A stretch of DNA of 64,000 bases from an uncultured delta proteobacterium (GCA_963708295.1 CAVPSJ010000017.1:448001-512000); one strand, 5' to 3'. Numbered from the stretch's first letter, positions 8,774 to 20,125 are shown. Made by a program: numbers and translations. The notes: a model not told the origin generated them from the sequence alone.

Positions 8774-9354
8774 AGGGAAGAAAACAGATTCGATTGAAGG
8801 ATTACGATTATTCAAAAAGCGGGTACTATTTTGTCACGATTTGCACCCGATATAGAGAGGAATGGTTTGGAAAGGTAAAGAGCGGAATAACGCATTTGAG
8901 TAAGTTTGGGGAATTTGCAAAAAATTTCTGGAGTGAGATTCCCGAACATTTTGAGGATGTTGAAATGGATGAGTTTTCGATAATGCCTAACCATGCCCAT
9001 GGTATCTTGATTATTGAAAGAAATATGGTAGGGGACGCATATATGCGTCCCCATCAGGGGAATGCATTTATGCATTCCCTACAAGATAAAACAAAAATGT
9101 TATTGTCCAAGGTAATCCAACAATATAAAGCATCCGTCACACACAAAATCAATAATTTGCAAAATGATTTTCATTTCCAATGGCAGAGATCATTTTATGA
9201 CCATGTCATACGAAATGAGAATGAATTATCCAGAATCAGGCAGTACATCCAAAACAATCCCTTGAAATGGGATTTAGATAGGGAAAACCCATTGTCCAAG
9301 AACTTTGATTTAGAGCATGGCCGTTATTGGAAAGAAATCTATGATTCAATGTAG
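8770..9354 (+). CDS. REP-associated tyrosine transposase (RAYT, IS200/IS605 Y1 HUH superfamily)
   Basis: RLKDYDYS, YFVTICT, MPNHAHGI (HUH), WQRSFYDHVIR, YIQNNP (catalytic Tyr). Confidence 0.92.
   Translation: MKGRKQIRLKDYDYSKSGYYFVTICTRYREEWFGKVKSGITHLSKFGEFAKNFWSEIPEHFEDVEMDEFSIMPNHAHGILIIERNMVGDAYMRPHQGNAFMHSLQDKTKMLLSKVIQQYKASVTHKINNLQNDFHFQWQRSFYDHVIRNENELSRIRQYIQNNPLKWDLDRENPLSKNFDLEHGRYWKEIYDSM
9028..9082. repeat. inverted GTAG-REP doublet inside the RAYT coding sequence
   Basis: GTA(G)+perfect palindrome GGGGACGCATATATGCGTCCCC (9031-9052), then GGGAATGCAT-TT-ATGCATTCCC+TAC (9058-9082). Confidence 0.8.
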
Positions 9355-9375
9355 GGGTGAATCCCAGATTGCCCC
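9351..9375 (+). repeat. degenerate GTAG-REP containing the RAYT stop codon
   Basis: GTAGGGGTGAATCCCAGATTGCCCC; its TAG (9352-9354) is the stop. Confidence 0.55.
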
Positions 9376-9395
9376 TGTAACAGGAGGATGAGACA

Positions 9396-10196
9396 ATGAA
9401 ACTGAAAGGTAAAGTTGCACTGGTCACAGGGTCTTCCCGCGGATTGGGGAAAGACATCGCCAAAGGGTTTGCGAAAGAAGGAGCGGACATCATCATCAAC
9501 GGCAGAAACCTGGAGAAAGCCAAACCCGTGGCAAAAGAAATTGAAGATTTGGGTGTGAGAACAATAGCTATGGGCGCCGACGTTTCTTCCTCTCAGGATG
9601 TCAACAGAATGGCGGATGAAGCCGTCAACGCGTTCGGGAGAATCGATATCCTTGTGAATAACGCCGGGGTCAATCCTTTCATTTTGGAGGCTGAGAAGAT
9701 TAAGGAGGAAGGCTGGGATCAGGTGCTGGACGTGAATTTAAAGGGCGTATTCCTCTGTTGTCAGGCCGTTGGGAAAAAAATGATCCAGCAAGGAGGTGGG
9801 AGGATCATCAATATTTCGTCAACGGCAGGAATTATTGGCGAACAGGGTTTCTTGCCCTATTGCGTCAGCAAGGCTGGCGTCATGACGCTCACCCGAATCC
9901 TTGCCTATGAATGGAGCCGGTACAACATCCTGGTGAACGCCATTGCTCCGGGATTGATTGCAGGAGGGATGAATACGCCAATCCTCAATAAAGAGATTTT
10001 GGTCTCTGGTTTAACACAGCAGGTTCCTTTAAAAAGATTTGGAAAACCGGAGGAGATCGTAAATACGGTTCTATTCTTAGCCTCTGAGGAGTCCGGTTAC
10101 ATTAATGGAACGACGATTGTCGCAGATGGGGGGGCGACGGGTTATCACCCCATGGGCTTTCTCGATCTGATTGCGGAGATGAAGAAGAAATCCTAA
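9396..10196 (+). CDS. short-chain dehydrogenase/reductase (FabG-like)
   Basis: TGSSRGLG, NNAG, YCVSK (YxxxK), VNAIAPG. Confidence 0.93.
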   Translation: MKLKGKVALVTGSSRGLGKDIAKGFAKEGADIIINGRNLEKAKPVAKEIEDLGVRTIAMGADVSSSQDVNRMADEAVNAFGRIDILVNNAGVNPFILEAEKIKEEGWDQVLDVNLKGVFLCCQAVGKKMIQQGGGRIINISSTAGIIGEQGFLPYCVSKAGVMTLTRILAYEWSRYNILVNAIAPGLIAGGMNTPILNKEILVSGLTQQVPLKRFGKPEEIVNTVLFLASEESGYINGTTIVADGGATGYHPMGFLDLIAEMKKKS

Positions 10197-10350
10197 CAGG
10201 TTGCTGAAAAATGGCCATCTGCTTCGTTTCCCTCATCCTTCGTCGTTGCAGCGTACAGCCAAGTACGCCTCACTCCTCAGGATTTCGGGAGCCTTGCATC
10301 TGGCCCTTTTTGAGCAACCTGGGAAACATGGCTTTTTGGGCAATCTCCTA
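10194..10350. mobile_element. MITE-like element family A, copy 1 (empty internal site)
   Basis: Starts TAACAGGTTGCTGAAAAA; nearly identical to 34278-34466; exactly spans the gap between two convergent stop codons. Confidence 0.8.
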
Positions 10351-11037
10351 AACCATCAGGTATTTCTTTTTTGTTTCTTCATCTGCCTCAAAATCGGCCA
10401 CCGTCCCGCCAAAGCGGATACGCCCATTATCGATCACGTAAACCCGATTGCTCAATTTCAGGGCTGACTTTACATTCTGTTCTGAGAGGAGAATGCTGAT
10501 TTCGGCCTGTTTGAGCTTCAGGATCTGTTGCTCAAGATCCCTTACGATCAGCGGGGCCAGACCTTCTGTCGGCTCATCCAGCAGGAGCAGTTCCGGGCTG
10601 TTCATCAATGCTCTCCCGATCGTCAGCATCTGCTGCTCACCGCCACTCAGATTTCCTGCCCGGCGCGACTTGATTTCAGCCAGTGCCGGGAAAAGGTCGT
10701 AGACGCGTTCTCGGGTCCACTCGTTGTTCCGGCTGAACGGGATTTCCAGGTTATCATCGACCGTGAGGTCGGCAAAGACACGCCTGTCGTCGGGTACGTA
10801 GGCGATCCCCTTGCGGACGAGCAGAAACGGCTTCGTTCCCGTAATCTCCTGTCCCTTGAAAATGACCGCTCCCTGTTTGGGAGGGGTGAGCCCCATGATG
10901 CTTCTCATGGTCGTGCTTTTCCCCGCCCCGTTTCTGCCGAGCAGGCCCACGACCTCGCCCTTTGCGACCGTGAGGGAGACATCAAAGAGGATGTGGCTGA
11001 GACCGTAATAGGTGTGGATCTTATCTACACTGAGCAT
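10348..11037 (-). CDS. livF: LIV-type ABC transporter ATP-binding protein
   Basis: GRNGAGKST, LSGGEQQM, LLLDEP, EQN. Confidence 0.92.
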   Translation of the reverse strand: MLSVDKIHTYYGLSHILFDVSLTVAKGEVVGLLGRNGAGKSTTMRSIMGLTPPKQGAVIFKGQEITGTKPFLLVRKGIAYVPDDRRVFADLTVDDNLEIPFSRNNEWTRERVYDLFPALAEIKSRRAGNLSGGEQQMLTIGRALMNSPELLLLDEPTEGLAPLIVRDLEQQILKLKQAEISILLSEQNVKSALKLSNRVYVIDNGRIRFGGTVADFEADEETKKKYLMV

Positions 11038-11040
11038 ACG

Positions 11041-11773
11041 TCACCCCCTCCCAGGTAAGCGTCCTGCACCTGCTGGTTGCACCGCACCTCGTCCGGCGGC
11101 CCCTGAAGGATCGTCGAACCCCGCACCATCACCATGATTCGTCGGGCGATGGCAAAGACCAGCTCCATGTCGTGCTCGCAGAAGAGGATGGTCAGTCCCA
11201 GGTTCTGTGATAGCCGTTTGATGAGGTCGATGCACCGGGCCGTCTCTTCAGGGGACATCCCTGCGGTCGGCTCGTCCAGGATGAGGAGCTCAGGCTTCCC
11301 GCCAAGGCGATGGCGATCTCGAGAACTTTCTGGTCTCCATGGGAGAGGGCACCGCAGACGTGATCTTTCTTCTTGATCAGGCCGACGCTTTCGAGGATCT
11401 CGCATGTTTCTTCGTCGACAAACTCTCGCGAAGGTGTAAACCAATGGTAGGTTTTCCCCTGTTGGGAAAGGACGGAAATCCGCACATTCTCGAAGACCGT
11501 CAGCCGGGAAAAGATGTTGACCACCTGGAAAGATCTTGTGATCCCTTTCTTGCAGGTCTTGTGAGCCGGAAGTCCGGTGATCTCTTCCCCCTTGAAAATG
11601 ACCTGGCCTTCATCCGGCTTCAGTATTCCGGTCATCAGATTGAAGAGGGTGGTCTTCCCGGCCCCGTTCGGACCGATGACAGCCACGATTTCACCCTTGG
11701 CCACGTCAAGGGTTGCCTTGTTTACCGCCATAAAACCGCCAAAGGATTTGCTGTAGCCCCTGACCTCTAGCAT
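11041..11773 (-). CDS. livG: LIV-type ABC transporter ATP-binding protein (frameshifted near 11298)
   Basis: GPNGAGKTT and LSHGDQK in one frame; PELLILDEP...EHDM...AYLG in the next frame. Confidence 0.85.
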
Positions 11774-12722
11774 AAGCCGCTAGCTCCTGTCTTCTGCCGA
11801 AGCACGCTCTTTTCCAGATTTCAAACACTTTGCCCAGGACCCCCTCTGGCAGGAAAAGAATGACAAACATGAGGACAATGCCGAGAACCAATGTCCAGTA
11901 ATCGGTATACCCACTGACAAAGGTGCGCAGCATGACGATGATGGCCGCCCCCAGCATGGGCCCGAGAAAGGTAAACCAGCCGCCCAGGAGGGCCATGATC
12001 GTGATCTCCAGCGAGAGGGTCCAGAACATCATATCGGGGAAGACCGAATTGTCGACCACGACAAAAAGAACGCCGGCAACGCCTGCAAAGAAACCGGCCA
12101 TCACGAGGGCAGTCAGTTGGTGGCGTCTGACGTTGACGCCGATCGCCTGACTTCGTACAGCGTTGTCCCGGATTCCCTGAAGCGTGCTCCCGAAGGGCGA
12201 ATGGAGTATCCGATACATGAAAAACATGGCGAGACCCGCCACGATCATCGTGAAGTAGTAAGCACCCTTGGAGGATTCGATGATCGCGGGAACGGAAATC
12301 CCATGGATACCGTCATCCCCGCCGGTAAAACTGTACCATCGGTAGACGATCGCCCAGACCAGCGACCCCAGAGAGATCTGAAGCATCCCGAAGTAGAGCT
12401 TCGACAGGCGAATGCAGATGATGCCCATGACCAGGCTGAGGGCAGCGGCCACCAGAGGCGCGACGATAAAGGCAAGCCATGGATTGTAACCGAGCTTTGT
12501 GATCATCACGGCAGCGGCGTACGCCCCGACCCCGTAGAAAACCGCATGGTGAAACTGATAGATACCCCCGAAACCCAGTGCAAAGTTGAGACTCGTCGCG
12601 AGCAATCCCATCGTCACGATCAGGGCGGTCAAATAGGTATAAAATCGCGGAAGGCCGAAGGGAAGGAAAGCCAGTATGGCTGCAAACAGAAGCAGGATGA
12701 TGATCGATTTCTTTCCGCCCAC
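11706..12722 (-). CDS. livM: LIV-type ABC permease (true 3' end probably near 11770)
   Basis: TGGDDGI, SPFG...IRDN, LGPMLGA, PEGVLG LivM motifs; multiple TM segments. Confidence 0.88.
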   Translation of the reverse strand: MGGKKSIIILLLFAAILAFLPFGLPRFYTYLTALIVTMGLLATSLNFALGFGGIYQFHHAVFYGVGAYAAAVMITKLGYNPWLAFIVAPLVAAALSLVMGIICIRLSKLYFGMLQISLGSLVWAIVYRWYSFTGGDDGIHGISVPAIIESSKGAYYFTMIVAGLAMFFMYRILHSPFGSTLQGIRDNAVRSQAIGVNVRRHQLTALVMAGFFAGVAGVLFVVVDNSVFPDMMFWTLSLEITIMALLGGWFTFLGPMLGAAIIVMLRTFVSGYTDYWTLVLGIVLMFVILFLPEGVLGKVFEIWKRACFGRRQELAAYARGQGLQQILWRFYGGKQGNP

Positions 12723-12738
12723 TATCCCATACTCCTTT

Positions 12739-13636
12739 TCACCAGGTAGACCTCAACAGCCCGGTGGGTCTGAAACTAAGAACCACGATCACGGCTGCGT
12801 ACGGAAAGACGATGCCAAACTGAGGCCAGATGAGAATCCCCAGGGACTGGGTCAGACCGAAAATAAGTGAACCGAGCAGAGCCCCCCAGATATTGCCCAG
12901 CCCGCCGATGATCACGATGAGGAAGGCTTCCATGATCAGGGTGTGGTCCATGCCCAAAACTACATTGACAATGGGGGCAACGAGTGCGCCGCCAAGGCCT
13001 GCGAGGAAACAGCCGATGACAAAGACGATACAGAAGACAAGACTCACATTGATTCCTACTGCCCCGACCATTTCTCTATCCACGGCTGCCGCTCTCGAAA
13101 TCTTACCCATTTTTGTTTTGTTGACGATGAGCCAGAGCACGATCGCGACAAGGGGGCCCATCAGCAGGAGAAAAAAGTTGTAGATGGGGAAGGGCAGGCC
13201 AAAGATGGGAATCGATCCCTGAAAAAAACTGGGCATGGAAACAGACCTGTATTCCGCGCCCCACACCATCTTGACCAGGTCCCCGAAGACCAGACTGAAG
13301 GAGAAGGTGAGCAGGAAGAGCATGATGTGTTCTCTTTCATACAGCCGGCTGAAGATGCCGCGCTCAATGATGAAACTGACGAGCGGCCACGCCAAGGGGC
13401 GCCAGAACAATGGCCATCCAGTAACCGGTGATACCCCCACCGAACACCCTGGAAACGGTGTAGGCCATGAAAGCCCCGATCATGTAAAGGGAACCGTGGG
13501 CAATGTTGGGAATTCTCAACACGCCAAGAATGAGGCTGAGACCGGAGGCGACGATAAAAAGGATGACGGTTCTGCTCAAGCCCAAGAGTATCTGGCAGAG
13601 CACCCCTGGTGAGCAAAAGGCCGAGATGAAATCCAA
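12739..13636 (-). CDS. livH: LIV-type ABC permease (frameshifted near 13390)
   Basis: GLSLILGVLRIPNIAHG in one frame; IIGGLG...RPTGL in the next frame; TTG start after AAGGAG. Confidence 0.85.
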
Positions 13637-13657
13637 AGTCAATCTCCTTATGAAGGT

Positions 13658-13699
13658 ATGCCCGGTAGGTCCCCGTCGAAGCGGGTGCCTGCCGGGCAT
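13658..13699. terminator. stem-loop downstream of the binding-protein gene (attenuator or mRNA stabiliser)
   Basis: ATGCCCGG-TAGGTCCCCG-TCGAAG-CGGGTGCCTG-CCGGGCAT. Confidence 0.5.
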
Positions 13700-13725
13700 G
13701 CAAGGTCATGTTTCTTAGGCAAACC

Positions 13726-14934
13726 TTATTTTCTGACCTTCATGATCTCATCACAGGTTGGTAAGTAATCCTTGCCAGCGATCGTCATAATGTTGTCTGC
13801 AATGAGGTAATCGTATTGAGGAGTGGCCTTGGTCACACCGAAGAACATCGGTAGCATGAGTTGGTGATCGCATTTCCGCATCTCCAGCTTGCCGACAGGG
13901 CTGTCCACGAAGAGGCCTTCCATGGCAGTGATGAACTTCTCTTTGTCAACCTTACCCGCCTTCTGATAGGCCTTGGCTATCAGCTGGGCCGCCGCATAAC
14001 CGTAAAGGGCTCCAACCTTGGGAGGCCTGTTATACATTTTTCTAAACTCCTCCACAAAGGCTTTGTTTTCTGGAGTCTCGGGATAGTAGTACAGGTAGTT
14101 CACAGTGCCCCATACGCCTTCCGGGGCGTCTTTCCCGAGGGCCTGCAAATTTGATAACTCAATGGAGGTATGCAGAACGATTGCGAGCTGTTTGGCAATG
14201 TCCATGGCCTTAGCGAGTTTTAAGAAGTTCGCGTTTCCTGACCCGCCTGTTCCCATAAGCAAACAATCAGGCTTTGCCTGAAGGATGGGTGCGACGTAGG
14301 GTGCAATATCGGCTTCACCAACTTTCCACCATGTCTGACCGAGGAGCTGAGCTGTGGGCTTCATCGCCTTGATGTATCTCCAGGCTGCATCGTTGACAGC
14401 GTGACCGTATTCGTAGTCCTCGCCTGCCATCCAGAACTTTGTATAAGGCTTCTTGGCAATCCCGAAAGCAGTGGCCTTACCGATCATTCTCGTATTTTCA
14501 GCGACGCCGAAAACGTAGCGGTGTCCCATTTCCCCTGTGATCTTTTCGCTCTTGGCGAATGTGCAGAAGAAAGGGATCTTCTCCTTCTTGGCGAAGTCGG
14601 ATACGGCGAGTGTTGTGGCGCTATTGATCGTCCCTGCGAGGATGTCGACCTCCTCCTTCATCACCAGTTCCTTGGCCATGGCCAGACCGGTGGCGGGATT
14701 AAACTTCTCGTCCCGGGTCGTATATTCGATCTTTTTCCCCAAGACGCCACCCTTCGCATTGATGGTTTCGATGGCCATTTTAAACGCATCGACCACGTCG
14801 AAGGTGTATATGGATGGCGGTCCGCTGTAGGTGTCTACAAACCCCACTTTGATTGTGTTCGCTCCATACGAGAAAGACACACCTAAGAACCCCAACAAAA
14901 CAACACCCAATCCTACGATCATTGCCCTTTTCAT
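13726..14934 (-). CDS. livK: LIV-family periplasmic binding protein
   Basis: Signal peptide, IKVG...INAKGGVLGK, DYEYG; AGGAGG RBS. Confidence 0.88.
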   Translation of the reverse strand: MKRAMIVGLGVVLLGFLGVSFSYGANTIKVGFVDTYSGPPSIYTFDVVDAFKMAIETINAKGGVLGKKIEYTTRDEKFNPATGLAMAKELVMKEEVDILAGTINSATTLAVSDFAKKEKIPFFCTFAKSEKITGEMGHRYVFGVAENTRMIGKATAFGIAKKPYTKFWMAGEDYEYGHAVNDAAWRYIKAMKPTAQLLGQTWWKVGEADIAPYVAPILQAKPDCLLMGTGGSGNANFLKLAKAMDIAKQLAIVLHTSIELSNLQALGKDAPEGVWGTVNYLYYYPETPENKAFVEEFRKMYNRPPKVGALYGYAAAQLIAKAYQKAGKVDKEKFITAMEGLFVDSPVGKLEMRKCDHQLMLPMFFGVTKATPQYDYLIADNIMTIAGKDYLPTCDEIMKVRK

Positions 14935-15354
14935 AACAGCCTCCTTTCCTGTGGCATCTTTTAGCAAGGTTTTGAAAAGCCTTTTTTGACCCGTCACTCA
15001 CAAGACTTCTATCACAACCATTTATTTTGTCAACAAAAAATCTTGGTGAGAATCCCGCTTACAGTGCAATCCTTTTTCACTCAATAATTCAGACTCATCT
15101 TAATGGTTGCAAAAGCGGATTGGCTCAGGTCCTCGGTTCTGGTGATCTTGCCGGATGCGGGTGGAGTAACCTTTCCAATCACCGTCAAAGACTCCCCTTA
15201 CCACCGTCTGTTTCTCTTCTCATACAAGGCTTCGAATCTCAACGCCTTTTCCAAACCGTGATTAGAAAGAATCAGATTGACAAATCGTTTGGTATGGTGC
15301 ATTCTGTCGGGATAACATCGGAACTTCCAAAATATCGAAAGGAGGGGGTTTTGT

Positions 15355-16607
15355 ATGAAGAAGATGAATCGTCGGACTTTTCTTAAGGTTTCTGCAGCAG
15401 CGGGGGCTGCCACCGCGGTCTCCGGGTTTCCAGCCATCTTACGCTCCCAGGCTCCAGAGATCAAGATCGGGTCGATCCAGCCGGTCACAGGAGTGATCTC
15501 CGATATCGGGATTTCGATGAGGAGGGGAAATCAGTTGGCGGTGGACGATATCAATGCCCAGGGCGGCATCAAATCGATGGGTGGGGCGAAACTGAAACTC
15601 TTGCTGGCGGATACCGAGGCAAAAGAAGAGGTGGCCCGCTCGGAGGCGGAACGGTTGATCAAAGAAGGCGCGGTCTGTCTGGTCGGCCCATTTCTCAGCG
15701 GGACTGCCATGACCATCGCCACGCTCTGCGAGCAAAGAGGGGTCCCCTTTGTGATGGATGTGGCGGCGGCCGACGATATTACCCAGAAGGGCTTTAAGTA
15801 TACCTTCAGGTGTTTCGCCACTTCCACCAACTTCGCCAACAATATGCTTTTCTACATGAGCCAGATCATGAAGGAGAAGAACATCAGCAGGATCAAAGGG
15901 GTTGTGACCAACACGGGAGATCTCTTCGGCCGCGTTCAGGGAGCAACCTTCCTCAAGTTCATCAAGGAGAAGAAATTCCCCATCGAGGTGCTTGGCCATA
16001 TCGAATATCCTCTCGGGATCCAGGATCTGTCGGCCGAGGTCTCAAAGATCAAGGCGCTGAAACCGGATGTCCTTTTCCCTGTCGCACGGCCTGGAGACGC
16101 CAAATTGATGGTCCGGGAGCTTTACAAGCAGAGGGTGGAGCTTCAGGGGATTATCGGTCCAGGAAGCCCGGGATGGTACGAACCCGAATTCATCCGGGAT
16201 ATGAAGGCCCTTTCCGACTACGTGATGGATAATGTGCCTTGGTACAACCCCGAGGGAAAGATGTACAAAGAGGTCAATGCGAAATTCTCGAAGCTGTATC
16301 CGGGGAAATATATCGATACCAATTCAGGATATGCCTATCTGGGCGTGATGGTCATTGCCGATGCCCTGGAGAGGGCCAAGTCGACAAAACCAGAGAGCAT
16401 TGGTTGCTGCCTTGAGAAAGACCTATTTGAAACAGGATTTGATGGTGGGAGGAGCCGTCACCTTCGATCAAAGGGGGACAATGTCAATGCCGACTCGGCC
16501 ATGATCCAGATCTTCGAGGGTTCCGTCAAAGTCGTGCTGCCCCAGAAGGCGGCCGAAGCCAAATACGTCTTCCCACGCCGAAACAGCTCTGGGAACGAGG
16601 GATGTAA
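15355..16607 (+). CDS. livK: Tat-exported LIV-family binding protein (frameshifts near the 3' end)
   Basis: NRRTFLK twin-arginine signal; IKIG...INAQGGI; corrected frame ends KQLWERGM-TAA at 16607. Confidence 0.82.
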
Positions 16608-16615
16608 AAAGAGGC

Positions 16616-17533
16616 ATGAACCTCAATCTTCTCCTTCAACTGGCCATCAGCGGCTTTCTTCTGGGAGGGGTCTACAGCCTGATCGCTTTAGGCCTCTCCC
16701 TCATTTTTGGCGTGATGAAGGTCATCAACTTCGCCCACGGCGAGATGATGGTCTGGGGGATGTACATCGCCTATACGATTCTCGCTCTGGACAGGAATCG
16801 ATCCCTTCTTCTCTTTCTCGTCAGCGCCGGTGGTCCTTTTTTTCCTCGGTTACCTCCTTCAGAGGACGGTCGTCAATCGGATCATTGACTTTCCCGAGGC
16901 CATGCAGGTCCTCCCCCTGGTCGGAATGGCCATGGTCTTCGAAAACGGCGCCAGACTCATCTGGGGGCCGGATTACATCAGCCCCCAGAGCCGATTTGCC
17001 CTCAGCTCTCTCTCTCTCGGGGAGTGTCATGATCGATGTCCCGAGGCTTCTTGCCTTTCTCTCTGGCCATCATCATTACGCTCGTCGTCCTTCTCTTCTT
17101 GAAAGAAGACGGATATCGGGAAAGCGATTCGTGCCGCAGCGGACAATCGAACTGGGCGCCCTGCTGGTCGGCACGGATGTGAACAGGGTCTATGCCATCT
17201 GCTTCGGAATCGGAGCGGCCTGTGTGGGAGCTGCAGGAGGCCTTCTCGTTCCCCTGATGCCCCTCTCACCCTCATATCGGGGCTCCCTTTACCCTGATCT
17301 CTTTCATCATCGTCATCCTGGGAGGAATGGGAAGCCTGACCGGCGCCATGGTGGGAGGACTCATCATCGGGGTGGCTGAATCGATCGGACCGGAGCTGAT
17401 CACCAACCTCTTTCATGGCATCGGTCTGGATCTTGAATTTCCCCACACGATGAAACAGGTCGTCAGTTTTTTTATCCTCATCGTCATCATGCTCTTGAGA
17501 CCCCAGGGGCTCTTTGGAGGGAAGAGGGGATGA
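16616..17533 (+). CDS. livH: LIV-type ABC permease (multiple frameshifts)
   Basis: GLSLIFGVMKVINFAHGE ... GGMGSL ... RPQGLFG spread across several frames. Confidence 0.8.
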
Positions 17534-18498
17534 AAAAACTCTATCTTGTCCTCCTGATCGGATTCCTCATTCTTCTCGTGCTTCCGCAATTCCTGAGCTC
17601 CTATGTCCTGGGTGTCTTTATCCTGATCTTTTATTATGCTTACCTCGGGCAGTCCTGGAACATCCTGACGGGATATACCGGAGTGATCTCCCTCGGCCAT
17701 TCCCTCTACGTGGGGATCGGAGCCTACACGACGTTTCTACCTTGCTCATCACCCTGGGTCTAAGCCCCTGGATCGGAATGTGGATCGGAGGCATGGCAGC
17801 CGGCTTGATCGGTTTGGTCATCGGGTTTCTCGGCTTTCGTTTCGGACTGAAAGGGGTCTACTTTGTCCTTCTCACCATCGCCTTTGCCGAGATCGGAAGA
17901 TTGATCATCCTCCATCTGAAGGTCTTCGGTTCATTCCAGGGCCTCTTCATCACCCCGGAGTTTTCCTTCGCCAATTTCCAATTCAAAGAGAACATTCCTT
18001 ACTACTATATCGGTCTCGGATATGTGATCTTCTCTCTGATCGTGGTTCGACTGATTGAGAGATCAAAAATGGGCCGATACATGGTGGCCTTGCGGGAGGA
18101 TGAAGATGCCGCCGAAAGCCTGGGAGTCAATGTATTCAAATATAAGATGATCGCCATCTTCATCAGCGCCTTTATGACCTCTCTGGCCGGAGTCTTCTAT
18201 GCCAATTATCTTTACTATCTTCATCCCGGGACGATGATGTCCATGGCCTTCTCCATTGAGATCATCCTCAGGCCCATCATCGGCGGCATGGGAACGGTGC
18301 TCGGCCCGGTGATCGGTTCATTCCTGATCACCCCTCTGGCGAGAAATTTCACGGTCGTACTTTGCCAAGGCAGGATATGAGGGGCTGCATCTGGTGATCT
18401 ATGGATTTTTACTGGTCGCAGTCGTTCTCTTCTTCCCAAGAGGAGTGATTTCATATATCAAAAAGGCACTGGCACCCATGCTGGGTAGTTTGAAGTAA
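17530..18498 (+). CDS. livM: LIV-type ABC permease (frameshifted)
   Basis: WNILTGYTG, ALREDEDAAESLG, IIGGMGT...GP motifs. Confidence 0.8.
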
Positions 18499-18520
18499 AG
18501 ATGAGATATAGGGGCATTTT

Positions 18521-18680
18521 AAATTCGAAGCACGAAATCCGAAGCACGAAACAAATTCGAATGACCGAAATACAAAATTCAAAACGATTTTAATTTTTAG
18601 AAATTTGGTCATTTGGATTTTGGAATTGTTTCGAATTGGTCCGAGACGGACGCTTCGCCCGATATTCGAATTTCGGATTT
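18521..18680. repeat. 7-nt-periodic (CGAAATC/TTCGAAT) fold-back element with internal GTCCG-AGA-CGGAC mini-hairpin
   Basis: AAATTCGAAGCACGAAATCCGAAGCACGAAAC...GTTTCGAATT...ATATTCGAATTTCGGATTT. Confidence 0.75.
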
Positions 18681-18702
18681 ATGGGGTAATCGGAGGTTTT
18701 CA

Positions 18703-19428
18703 TTGTCTCTTTTGGAGTTAAAGGGAGTCAGTAAAAACTTTGGCGGTCTGAAAGCCGTCTCCCAGGTCTCCTTGAATTTAGAAGAAGGGGAGATCTTGGG
18801 AATCATCGGCCCCAATGGGGCCGGGAAGACGACGCTTTTCAACACGATTACCGGCTTTTACAAACCGGATGAAGGAGAGATTCGGTTCGAAGGGGAGATT
18901 CTCTCCAATCTCAAACCCCATCAGATCTGTCAGAAGGGAATGGTGAGGACATTTCAAATCGTCAAACCCTTTCTTCAACTCACGGTTTTGGAGAATGTGC
19001 TGGTCGCCGCCCTGAATCGAACGAAAAATGTTCAAGAGGCAACCGCAAGAGCATTAAAAACGATCGAATTTGTCAGGCTTGAAGGATCGGACGGATACCT
19101 AGCCACCGGTCTGACGCTTCCCCATCGGAAGCGGCTGGAGTTGGCAAGGGCCTTGGCGACCGAGCCGAAACTTCTTCTATTGGATGAAGTGATGGCCGGA
19201 CTCACTCCGACCGAGGTGGATGAGCTGATTCGACTTCTCAAGGAGGTCAACAAACAGGGGATCACCCTTCTCTTGATCGAGCACGTGATGAGAGGGGTGA
19301 TGGCCCTGTCCAAGCGAGTGGTCGCTCTCAATTACGGAGAGAAGATCGCCGAGGGGACCCCTGAAGAGGTTGTGAAGAACCCTCAGGTGATCGAGGCCTA
19401 CCTGGGGGAGGAATTTGGGAATGCTTAA
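18703..19428 (+). CDS. livG: LIV-type ABC ATP-binding protein
   Basis: GPNGAGKTT, LLLDE, EH, AYLG; TTG start after GGAGG. Confidence 0.92.
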   Translation: MSLLELKGVSKNFGGLKAVSQVSLNLEEGEILGIIGPNGAGKTTLFNTITGFYKPDEGEIRFEGEILSNLKPHQICQKGMVRTFQIVKPFLQLTVLENVLVAALNRTKNVQEATARALKTIEFVRLEGSDGYLATGLTLPHRKRLELARALATEPKLLLLDEVMAGLTPTEVDELIRLLKEVNKQGITLLLIEHVMRGVMALSKRVVALNYGEKIAEGTPEEVVKNPQVIEAYLGEEFGNA

Positions 19429-20125
19429 GGTGAAAGGGATCGAGGTCTTCTACGGCGATCTCCAGGCATTGAGAGGCGTCTCTCTTGAAGTGAATCAGGG
19501 AGAAATTGTTTCCATCATTGGCTCGAATGGAGCCGGAAAATCCACCACCCTGATGACCATTTCGGGGATCCTAAAACCGAAGCAGGGGGCTATTCAGCTT
19601 GACCAGGATTTGATCCATCGATACTCGTCCTCAAGAATTGTTGCCCTCGGAATTGTCCAGATCCCGGAGGGCCGTCAGCTCTTCCCCACCCTCACCGTTG
19701 TTGAAAATCTGGAGATGGGGGCCCAATTTCCAAAGGCCAAGAAGTTGAGGAAAGAGACGATGGAGTGGGTCTTCAAACTTTTCCCAAGGCTGGAGGAGAG
19801 AAGGAACCAATTGGCCGGGACGCTCAGCGGCGGGGAACAGCAGATGCTCGCCATCGGAAGGGGATTGATGTCCAGGCCCACCCTCCTGATGCTCGATGAA
19901 CCCTCTTTAGGCCTTTCCCCTATTTTGGTCAAAGCCATCTTCGATATCATCAAAGAGATCAATCAGCAAGGGACGACCATCCTTCTGGTGGAGCAGAATG
20001 TTTTCCATTCCCTCAACCTCTCTCATCGTGGGTATGTCCTGGAAAATGGTTCGATTGTTCTAAGCGGAACCGGCCAGGACCTGCTTAAAAATCAGCATAT
20101 TCGCCAAAGCTACCTCGGACTATGA
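19421..20125 (+). CDS. livF: LIV-type ABC ATP-binding protein
   Basis: GSNGAGKST, LSGGEQQM, DEPSLGL, EQN. Confidence 0.93.
   Translation: MLKVKGIEVFYGDLQALRGVSLEVNQGEIVSIIGSNGAGKSTTLMTISGILKPKQGAIQLDQDLIHRYSSSRIVALGIVQIPEGRQLFPTLTVVENLEMGAQFPKAKKLRKETMEWVFKLFPRLEERRNQLAGTLSGGEQQMLAIGRGLMSRPTLLMLDEPSLGLSPILVKAIFDIIKEINQQGTTILLVEQNVFHSLNLSHRGYVLENGSIVLSGTGQDLLKNQHIRQSYLGL

Noticed and set aside
10201-10467. Short ORFs within family-A and other repeats (also 34217-34486, 4711-4923, 35343-35573)
   Set aside because: Translations of repeat elements, with no coding evidence.
15355-17379. 674-aa binding-protein fusion
   Set aside because: Frameshift read-through artefact; livK ends at 16607 and livH starts at 16616.
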